A stretch of 46,361 nucleotides of DNA from Lachnospiraceae bacterium (GTDB lineage: Bacteria; Bacillota; Clostridia; Lachnospirales; Lachnospiraceae), in assembly GCA_020859905.1 (NCBI GenBank), contig JAJBVI010000052.1, positions 1-46,361 on the forward strand, given 5' to 3'. Shown piece after piece: positions 39,306 to 46,361 of the stretch (positions are counted from its first letter, which is position 1; each line of letters starts with the position of its first letter). Under the pieces are notes generated by a model, which ran no database searches, was not told the origin of the DNA, and saw only the letters and a list, made by a program, of their open reading frames with translations. The translations under genes were made by a program, and so were the position numbers.

Positions 39306-39438
39306 CTCCGCCGTGCTCAGTTCGTGAGCCGCTAGCTCACGAACTGTCCGGGCTTCGCCCTATATCAGATTTTGTAAAGGCAGCCCCTTACATGCAGGCA
39401 TGACGGGCCAGTCTTTACAAAATCTGCTGCACGGCTCA
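39306..39438 (-). repeat. Structured dispersed element, copy B (133 nt), in the MATE 5' leader
   Basis: Same length and termini as 4271-4403, with compensatory stem changes. TATAAT on the minus strand at 39451-39456. Confidence 0.9.
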
Positions 39439-39704
39439 TGGCCTGCGCTCATTATAATATTGTATAGTTATCGCAATTTTTCTTGCTTTTTCGTGGCATA
39501 TTTATTATATACCTTAAATCGAAAAATGCAAGGGATGAAAAACCTGAAAAAGGTTTTAGGGCACAGAGGCTTTATTTCTGGCGGGATGCGGCGCGTATGC
39601 ATATGAAAAATCTTAGCATATTTACCGGGAACGGTTATAATAGAAAAGAAGCAATTTTTTACCGGAGGAAGATCCGCTTGAGATAAAATATACGGGAGGA
39701 AAAT

Positions 39705-40388
39705 ATGTCACAGGCTGTAGTTATTAAAAGTAATAAATACGGGATCCAGCTGTTTCTGGATCCGGAGATGCCGTTCGACGGCCTGCTGCAGGCCGTTGCT
39801 GAAAAGTTTGAGGATTCCGCGAAGTTTTTTAAGGACGCGAAGCTGGCGGTCAGTTTTGAGGGAAGGGAGCTGACGCAGGAGGAGAGCTTCCGGATCATTG
39901 AGGCGATCACGGAACACACGGACATCACGGTCATCTGTATAGTTGATAATGAAACGGCCCACGCGGATCTGTTTAAACAGCAGATCGATACATATTACGA
40001 ATCCATTGCCGGTAAGAACGGTGAGTTTTACAGAGGGAGTCTTCGCTCCGGCCAGGATCTGGAGAGCGAGTCCAGTATCGTGATCGTCGGCGACGTGCAT
40101 CCGGGAGCCAGGATCATTTCCAGGGGGAATATCATCATTCTCGGCACGCTGCAGGGGAATGCCCGGGCCGGAGCCGGCGGAAACCTGAACTGCTTTGTCG
40201 CGGCGCTTGAGATGAGGCCGGCACAGCTCCAGATCGGGGATGTCACGGCCAGGATCCCGGAAAAGAGGACAAGGACCAGGATCATCCGGCACAGAGAGAA
40301 AGCTCCGGTTGCCGCCGAGCCGCAGATCGCGGTGGTAAAGGGAGGAGACATATACATTGAGCCGATCTCAAAGGGAAACTCTGTGTGA
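39705..40388 (+). CDS. minC: Septum site-determining protein MinC
   Basis: GSLRSGQ, IVGDVHPGA, GNIIILGTLQG, AGAGG, PAQLQI; precedes minD. Confidence 0.92.
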   Translation: MSQAVVIKSNKYGIQLFLDPEMPFDGLLQAVAEKFEDSAKFFKDAKLAVSFEGRELTQEESFRIIEAITEHTDITVICIVDNETAHADLFKQQIDTYYESIAGKNGEFYRGSLRSGQDLESESSIVIVGDVHPGARIISRGNIIILGTLQGNARAGAGGNLNCFVAALEMRPAQLQIGDVTARIPEKRTRTRIIRHREKAPVAAEPQIAVVKGGDIYIEPISKGNSV

Positions 40389-40420
40389 TCTGTCCAAAAT
40401 GATCCCTGCAGAGGTCAGAA

Positions 40421-40514
40421 CACTGACACCGCAGGTCACAGGGGAAGTGCATCCAGCCCCCGGGTTCTGCCGCGATACCAGCCATGCACTGACACCGCAG
40501 GTCACAGGGGAAGT
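40421..40514. repeat. 28-bp direct repeat (66-bp period) in the minC-minD spacer
   Basis: CACTGACACCGCAGGTCACAGGGGAAGT at 40421 and 40487. Confidence 0.9.
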
Positions 40515-40592
40515 ACAGGGCAATCCGTCTCGGGCGAACAGACCGCAGAGGGTTTTCCTGATGATTATGGAAATGATGGAGGATAATGCAAC

Positions 40593-41384
40593 ATGGGTGA
40601 AGTGATCGTGATCACCTCCGGGAAGGGCGGCGTCGGGAAGACGACGACCACGGCAAATATCGGGACAGGACTTGCGCAGCTGAAGAAAAAGGTCGCCATG
40701 ATCGACACAGACATCGGGCTTCGCAATCTGGATGTGGTGATGGGGCTGGAAAATCGTATTATTTATAATCTGGTCGATGTGGTAGAGGGGAACTGCCGCA
40801 TCCGGCAGGCACTGATCCGTGATAAGAAGTATCCGGAGCTGTATCTGCTCCCCTCCGCCCAGACAAGGGACAAGTCTTCCGTCACGCCGGAACAGATGAA
40901 AAAGCTGACCGATGAACTGAGGGAGGAGTTTGATTATATTCTGCTGGATTGCCCGGCCGGGATTGAACAGGGGTTTAAGAACGCGATCGCCGGCGCGGAC
41001 CGCGCGGTTGTGGTGACGACGCCGGAGGTGTCCGCCATCCGCGACGCAGACCGCATCATCGGTCTCCTGGAGACGAACGGGATCCGCCGGATTGAGCTGA
41101 TCGTGAACCGCCTGAGGATGGAACTGATCCGGCGCGGCGACATGATGTCCGTGGAGGATGTGTGCGAGATTCTGGCGATTCCGCTGATCGGCGCGGTGCC
41201 GGACGACGAAAACATCGTGGTCTATACAAACCGCGGTGAGCCGCTGGCAGGCACGGACTGTCTGCCCGGACAGGCCTATATGAACATCAGCAGACGCATT
41301 CTGGGAGAGGAGACAGAGTTTCTGGATCTGGAAGAAAAGAAAGGCATGTTTGGGAAGCTGAGGAACAGGTTTCATAAAAAATAG
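40593..41384 (+). CDS. minD: Septum site-determining ATPase MinD
   Basis: TSGKGGVGKTT, DIGLRNLD, DCPAGIEQGF, C-terminal amphipathic helix. Confidence 0.97.
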   Translation: MGEVIVITSGKGGVGKTTTTANIGTGLAQLKKKVAMIDTDIGLRNLDVVMGLENRIIYNLVDVVEGNCRIRQALIRDKKYPELYLLPSAQTRDKSSVTPEQMKKLTDELREEFDYILLDCPAGIEQGFKNAIAGADRAVVVTTPEVSAIRDADRIIGLLETNGIRRIELIVNRLRMELIRRGDMMSVEDVCEILAIPLIGAVPDDENIVVYTNRGEPLAGTDCLPGQAYMNISRRILGEETEFLDLEEKKGMFGKLRNRFHKK

Positions 41385-41395
41385 GAGGGGCAGCC

Positions 41396-41680
41396 GTGGG
41401 ATTCCGAACTCTTTTTCAGAAGAAAAGCTCCGGCGACCTGGCGAAAGACAGGCTGAAGCTTCTCCTGGTCTCAGACAGGGTAAACTGTTCGCCGGAGGTA
41501 GCAGGGATGATCCGGGACGATATCATACAGGTGATTTCCAGATATGTCGAGATTGATACGGAAGGGCTGGAGATTCAGATCATACAGACCGGGACACCGG
41601 ACGGAGAGCGCAGGGCGCCGGCTCTGTTTGCAAATATTCCGATTCGTTCCGTTAAATACTGCAGCAGACAGACAATTTAA
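41396..41680 (+). CDS. minE: Cell division topological specificity factor MinE
   Basis: AKDRLKLLLVSDR, ANIPI; GTG start with AGGAGG. Confidence 0.95.
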   Translation: MGFRTLFQKKSSGDLAKDRLKLLLVSDRVNCSPEVAGMIRDDIIQVISRYVEIDTEGLEIQIIQTGTPDGERRAPALFANIPIRSVKYCSRQTI

Positions 41681-41910
41681 TTTTTTTACTGACATTTCTC
41701 GGAAAATGTGCTATAATATAAGCGTTAATTCGGCGCTGCATGTCACACCCTGTATAGATAAAAAGCATAAATTTGGCGATGGTGTGACTTGTAACGATAT
41801 GGTCCGCAAAAGGATATGATGCTGCGGATTGCGATGGCATAAGCTGTGAGTTCTCAGGGCGGATAACAGAGCTTATCCTGAGGATGCGCGTTTTCTGAAG
41901 GGGTGTTACA

Positions 41911-42411
41911 ATGTTTGAAAAAGGAGAATATGTTGTCTATGGCAGCAAAGGCGTCTGCCAGATCCAGGATATATCGCCGATCGATATTCCGGGGGCGGAT
42001 AAAAACAGGCTTTACTATATCATGCGCCCGGTTCAGAACACGAACGGGACGGTGTATCTGCCGGCCGACAGTACGAAAGCGGTGATCCGGCGCGTGATGT
42101 CGCGGGAGGAAGCGCGTCAGCTGATCGACGAGATTCCGCAGATTGAGCAGCTGAAGGTTCCGGATGAAAAGCGGCGGGAGGCCAGCTATAAGGAGGCTCT
42201 GATGACCTGTAATGTCCGGGAGTGGGTCAGCATTATCAAGGCACTGTATGTGCGCCGGACGGAACGGCTCGCGCTTGGCAAAAAGATTACGGCGCTGGAT
42301 GAACGTTATCTGAAAGCGGCGGAGCAGGAACTGTACGGAGAGCTGTCGATTTCACTGGGACTGCCGTTGGACGAAGTGGAGTCCTTTATCTGTGACCACA
42401 TCGAAAACTGA
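41911..42411 (+). CDS. CarD family transcriptional regulator
   Basis: MFEKGEYVVYGSKGVCQI; C-terminal DERYLKAAEQELYGELS. Confidence 0.88.
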   Translation: MFEKGEYVVYGSKGVCQIQDISPIDIPGADKNRLYYIMRPVQNTNGTVYLPADSTKAVIRRVMSREEARQLIDEIPQIEQLKVPDEKRREASYKEALMTCNVREWVSIIKALYVRRTERLALGKKITALDERYLKAAEQELYGELSISLGLPLDEVESFICDHIEN

Positions 42412-42414
42412 AAT

Positions 42415-42436
42415 GGCGGGAGCATTTGCTCCCGCC
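42415..42436 (+). terminator. Putative intrinsic terminator after carD
   Basis: GGCGGGAGCA-TT-TGCTCCCGCC stem with a weak U-tail. Confidence 0.6.
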
Positions 42437-42485
42437 TCATTTGTGTGCGCTTCGCGCATTATTGACATCCGTTTTTTTCATTTCA

Positions 42486-42514
42486 TTTACAACTCCGCAT
42501 TTTTTGTGTATAAT
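42486..42514 (+). promoter_or_regulatory. Sigma-A promoter of the PBP1A-aroA unit
   Basis: TTTACA-17 nt-TATAAT. Confidence 0.7.
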
Positions 42515-42528
42515 CTGAACGAAAGCAA

Positions 42529-42663
42529 TGAGCCGTGCGAATTCGGAAAGAGGAAAATCGTCTGCCTGCAGACGCATTTGCCTCTTCACGAATTCATAGG
42601 GCGGCGCCGGATGTCCGGGGGACATCCGTTTGGCGCGGACCGGAGCGGAGCGTAGATGCCCGA
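42529..42663 (+). repeat. Structured dispersed element, copy C (variant with a nested palindromic insert; 3' module absent)
   Basis: TGAGCCGTGC, long hairpin, then ATAGGGC...GCCCGA. The short loop is replaced by a segment containing GGATGTCC-GG-GGACATCC. Confidence 0.75.
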
Positions 42664-42677
42664 ACAGGAGGATTATC

Positions 42678-45218
42678 ATGGCAAAAAAGAAACACAAAAA
42701 AATCAAATCCCATGTAAAACGCCTGAAACTGCAGCAAAAGAAAAATCCGGTGAGCTGGAAAAAATACAAAGAGAAGCTGCGCATCGCAAGACGGAAGGAT
42801 TTCTTCCGCCGCCTCTGGAAAGCGGTGCTTGCCGTCTGTATCGCGCTTGCCGCGGTTTTCCTGATCGGGAATTTTATGCTTTATCAGAGGACCGGCGAGA
42901 CGCTTTTTGGCATTGCGCGGGATGCAAGGGAACTGGTTGAGAACAGTACGGAAGATGATTTTAAATACGCGGAGACGACGTACATTTACAGCGACGGCGG
43001 CACGAAGATCGCGGAGCTGGCGGAGGAAACCGACGCTACATTCCTGGAATACGACGAGATCCCGGCAGATGTGATAAACGCGTTTGTCGCTGTTGAGGAC
43101 CGCAAATTCTGGACGAATTCCGGCATTGATATGAAGGGCATCGTCCGCGTCTGCGTGAATTACGTGCGGACCCGCGGCGAGGTGGCGGAGGGAGCCAGCA
43201 CGATCACCCAGCAGCTGGCGCGGAATACGTTCCTGACTAATGAAAAGACGATGCTGCGGAAGATCCGGGAGATTTTTATCGCGCGGGAGCTTACGAAAAA
43301 GTACAGCAAAGAGGAGATCATGACGTTCTACTGCAACACCTGCTGTTTCGCAAACGGTATTTACGGTGTGGAGGATGCGGCGAATACGTATTTCGGGAAG
43401 TCGGCGGATGAGCTGACGCTGTCGGAGACGGCTTATATCTGCGCCATCCCGAACCGGCCGGAATACTACAATCCGCTGAATTCCCCGGAGAATGCGCTGA
43501 CGCGCCGCGACAAGATCCTAGAGGATATGGAGGAGTGCGGGTACATCTCGTCGGCGGAATGCGCGGAGGCGATGGCGCAGGACATCGAGGTCGCGGAGCC
43601 TGAGGAGGATGATACCTTTTATAACTATGAGACGACCTACGCGATCAACTGCGCGGTGCGGTATCTGATGAAGCTGGACGGCTTCGAGTTTCAGTATGAG
43701 TTTGACACGGACGAAGAGTACGAAGAGTACAATGCAGAGTATGACGAGTATTACGCACAGGCCAGACATAAGCTGTATACCGGCGGGTATGAGGTGTATA
43801 CGACGATTGATCTGGACGCACAGAGCGAGCTGCAGGACATTCTCGATGAACAGCTTGCTTTCAGCGAGACCATGACAGACGAAGGGATTTTTGAGCTGCA
43901 GGGGGCGCTGACTGTGATTGATAATGAGACCGGGAAGGTGGTCGCGATCATCGGCGGGCGTTCCCAGGACAATATCAGCGACGTCTATTCTCTGAACCGG
44001 GCTTACCAGGGCTACGCGCAGCCGGGCAGCTCGTTCAAACCGCTGGTAGTTTACACACCGGCGCTGAATGATGGCTATACGGCCTCGTCCATGCTGACCA
44101 ACATCGATGTCACGACGGCGAAGACCAGCACATCCGCAGAGATCTCGTCGATGTCCGGTTCCCGCCTGACGCTGCGATCCGCTGTCGAGAAGAGTGAAAA
44201 CGGCTGTGCGTACTGGCTGTTTAACCAGATCACGCCGAGCGTGGGGCTGTCTTATGTGACAGAGATGGGATTTTCAAAAATCGTTCCGGATGATTATACC
44301 CTGAGCGCATCTCTGGGCGGCCTGACCTACGGCGTAACCACGGTGGAGATGGCGAACGCTTACGCCGCACTGGAAAATCACGGAGTATATACGCAGACGG
44401 ACTGTATCCGGACTATCTGCGACGCGAACGGCGATAATATTTATGAGGAAGCGGAGAGCAAAACCGTTTATGACAGCACGGCCGCGGACTCCATGACCGA
44501 CATCCTGGAGGGCGTCCTCACAAGCGGAACCGCATCCGGTTCGAACTGGTACGCATCCTCGGACATCGCGGCCGCGGGTAAGACCGGCACGACAAACGAC
44601 TACAAGGCGGGCTGGTTCTGCGGCTACACGCCTTATTATATGATCGCGGTCTGGGTCGGCTGCGACACACCGAAGACGATCAGCGGCCTGATGGGCAGCA
44701 CCTATCCGCTCTACATATGGAAGGCCGCGATGCTGTACATGACGGACGGCCTGGAGGCAAAGGATTTCGACCTTGAGACCTCTTCATCCTCTTCATCCGC
44801 CGGCAGCTCGACCAGTGCGGAGACGAAAGATGAGATTACAGAGGAAGAGGAGACAGAAGAGACGGAAGAGACGGAAGAGACAGAACCTTTGACAGATGAG
44901 ACGGAGGAAGAGACCACGGAAGATTCGGAAAGCACCATCAACGGAACCACAGGTGATCAGAGCACCACGATCAACGGCGCGGATATTCCGTCGTCGAGTT
45001 CATCAGGCTCGTCGAGTTCGTCGGGTTCATCAGGCTCGGCAAGTTCGGCAGGCTCGTCAGGCTCGTCGGGATCCTCCGGTTCGTCAGGCGGCTCCGCTGA
45101 TTCATCAGGCTCATCGGGTTCCGCCGACACCTCCGGCTCTGACACTTCGACCGGGGGCGATACAGAAGGAACCGGCTCCGGCGAAACTGATCAGGGCGGC
45201 ACAGCGGGAGCGGAATGA
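42678..45218 (+). CDS. Class A penicillin-binding protein (PBP1A, transglycosylase-transpeptidase) with acidic, Ser/Gly-rich tail
   Basis: RBS AGGAGG and start MAKKKH. AVEDRKF, GASTITQQL, RKIRE; SSFK, SEN, KTGT. Confidence 0.93.
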   Translation: MAKKKHKKIKSHVKRLKLQQKKNPVSWKKYKEKLRIARRKDFFRRLWKAVLAVCIALAAVFLIGNFMLYQRTGETLFGIARDARELVENSTEDDFKYAETTYIYSDGGTKIAELAEETDATFLEYDEIPADVINAFVAVEDRKFWTNSGIDMKGIVRVCVNYVRTRGEVAEGASTITQQLARNTFLTNEKTMLRKIREIFIARELTKKYSKEEIMTFYCNTCCFANGIYGVEDAANTYFGKSADELTLSETAYICAIPNRPEYYNPLNSPENALTRRDKILEDMEECGYISSAECAEAMAQDIEVAEPEEDDTFYNYETTYAINCAVRYLMKLDGFEFQYEFDTDEEYEEYNAEYDEYYAQARHKLYTGGYEVYTTIDLDAQSELQDILDEQLAFSETMTDEGIFELQGALTVIDNETGKVVAIIGGRSQDNISDVYSLNRAYQGYAQPGSSFKPLVVYTPALNDGYTASSMLTNIDVTTAKTSTSAEISSMSGSRLTLRSAVEKSENGCAYWLFNQITPSVGLSYVTEMGFSKIVPDDYTLSASLGGLTYGVTTVEMANAYAALENHGVYTQTDCIRTICDANGDNIYEEAESKTVYDSTAADSMTDILEGVLTSGTASGSNWYASSDIAAAGKTGTTNDYKAGWFCGYTPYYMIAVWVGCDTPKTISGLMGSTYPLYIWKAAMLYMTDGLEAKDFDLETSSSSSSAGSSTSAETKDEITEEEETEETEETEETEPLTDETEEETTEDSESTINGTTGDQSTTINGADIPSSSSSGSSSSSGSSGSASSAGSSGSSGSSGSSGGSADSSGSSGSADTSGSDTSTGGDTEGTGSGETDQGGTAGAE

Positions 45219-45221
45219 ACT

Positions 45222-46361
45222 ATGAAAAATATTTATAAGGTAAGGAAAACGGATCGCCCGGTACGCTGGATAGTGGAAGTTCCCGGGTCAAAAAGCATCA
45301 CGAACCGTGCGCTTCTGCTGGCAGCCCTCACAGACGGTGCGGTTTGCCTGGACGGCGTCCTGTTCAGTGATGATTCCAGATATTTTCTTCAGTCCCTGCA
45401 GTCTCTCGGCTTCCGGATCCGGATCCGCGAGGAGGAATGCCGGGTTGTTGTGGAAGGCTGCGGCGGGAAGATTCCCGCGTCGGAGGGCGAGATCTATGTC
45501 GGGAGCGCGGGTACCGCGGCACGGTTCCTGACCGCTATGCTGGGCGTTTCGGACGGCGACTGGCGCATACAGGCATCGCCGCAGATGCGGCGCCGCCCGA
45601 TGAAGCCGCTGTTTGAAGCGCTGCTGTCGCTCGGCGCAGAGATCGAATGGCTGGGGGAGGCCTGGCATCTGCCGGTGCACATCCGCGGCGCGGGTCGGTC
45701 ACGCTGCGGCACCGCCCGTTCCGAGCCTGTAGAAGCAGCGGCATCTGCCGCGGATACAGATCGGAATCAATACGGCGGCATCCGTTCCGAAGGTATGGAA
45801 GCGGGGGTATCTGTCGTCGATACGGACCAGCTCCGCGCAGATGGCGTCAGCCCGGCGGTGCTGCGGATGGATGTCAGTGAGAGCACGCAGTTTTTAAGCG
45901 GATTCCTCCTGATTGCGCCTATGTTTCCCGGTGGTCTGCGGATTCAGATTACAAGTGTAAAAAAGGATGGATCTTATATCCGGATCACCAGAAGCATGAT
46001 GGAGGAGTTCGGAGTAAAGGCGGAGTTTTACGATGGCGCGTATATTGTCCCGGCCGGGTCAGCCTACCGCAGGGAGCGCTATCAGATTGAGCCGGATGTC
46101 TCGGCGGCCTGTTATTTTTACGCTGCGGCGGCTGTCACCGGAGGCGAGGCGCAGGTGTTGCGTGTACACCGCGGCGGGATGCAGGGAGATCTGAAATTCC
46201 TGGATGTACTGGAGCGGATGGGATGTGCCGTGCGCGACGAACCCGCCGGGATTCTCGTCAGGGGACCGGATGGGGAAGCGGAAGACACCGTTCCGCACAG
46301 GAATCTGGAAGCGGAAGACACCGTTCCGCACAGGAATCTGGAAGCGGAAGACACCGTTCCG
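45222..46361 (+). CDS. aroA: 3-phosphoshikimate 1-carboxyvinyltransferase (EPSP synthase), truncated by the window end and absent from the ORF track
   Basis: Manual translation: VPGSKSITNRALLLAAL, GSAGTAARF, RRPMKPL, STQFLSG, YQIEPDVSAACYF, MQGD; open to the end. Confidence 0.93.
   Translation, partial: MKNIYKVRKTDRPVRWIVEVPGSKSITNRALLLAALTDGAVCLDGVLFSDDSRYFLQSLQSLGFRIRIREEECRVVVEGCGGKIPASEGEIYVGSAGTAARFLTAMLGVSDGDWRIQASPQMRRRPMKPLFEALLSLGAEIEWLGEAWHLPVHIRGAGRSRCGTARSEPVEAAASAADTDRNQYGGIRSEGMEAGVSVVDTDQLRADGVSPAVLRMDVSESTQFLSGFLLIAPMFPGGLRIQITSVKKDGSYIRITRSMMEEFGVKAEFYDGAYIVPAGSAYRRERYQIEPDVSAACYFYAAAAVTGGEAQVLRVHRGGMQGDLKFLDVLERMGCAVRDEPAGILVRGPDGEAEDTVPHRNLEAEDTVPHRNLEAEDTVP
46274..46361 (+). 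repeat. 33-bp perfect tandem repeat inside aroA (EAEDTVPHRNL)
   Basis: GGAAGCGGAAGACACCGTTCCGCACAGGAATCT, about 2.7 copies up to the window end. Confidence 0.95.

Noticed and set aside
44780-45218. Glu/Thr and Ser/Gly repeats at the end of PBP1A as a separate element
   Set aside because: Low-complexity disordered tails are ordinary in Firmicutes class A PBPs.

Overview
GC-rich chromosomal segment that reads as Clostridia/Lachnospiraceae-type; the taxonomy is inferred from gene content. Left part: a heterodimeric ABC exporter, a deleted AAA/PD-(D/E)XK pseudogene, an aromatic-amino-acid-type ABC importer and a DAHP synthase. Then a four-gene minus-strand unit joining a FAAL-ACP-thioester-reductase protein to three plasmalogen-synthase-like (activase/reductase) subunits, followed by patB, DUF3737, rhomboid, DUF362 and metA. 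From about 21.8 kb to tRNA-Ala(GGC) lies a probable degraded island. It has integrase arm-like repeats, decayed toxin/defence-like genes, a promoter-hairpin-octamer-array leader and a sortase pilus operon with a 2570-aa adhesin. Right part: MATE, minCDE, carD, PBP1A and aroA, which runs off the end. The strongest leads are (1) the FAAL-ACP-R plus Pls-like lipid operon, (2) a covarying 133-nt structured element with two full copies and one variant, always in the sense of transcription, (3) the hairpin plus 8-bp array in the pilus leader, (4) an Rx4H/TM two-gene module and (5) recurrent in-frame tandem-repeat insertions in unrelated enzymes. All calls come from reading motifs by eye; no searches were run.
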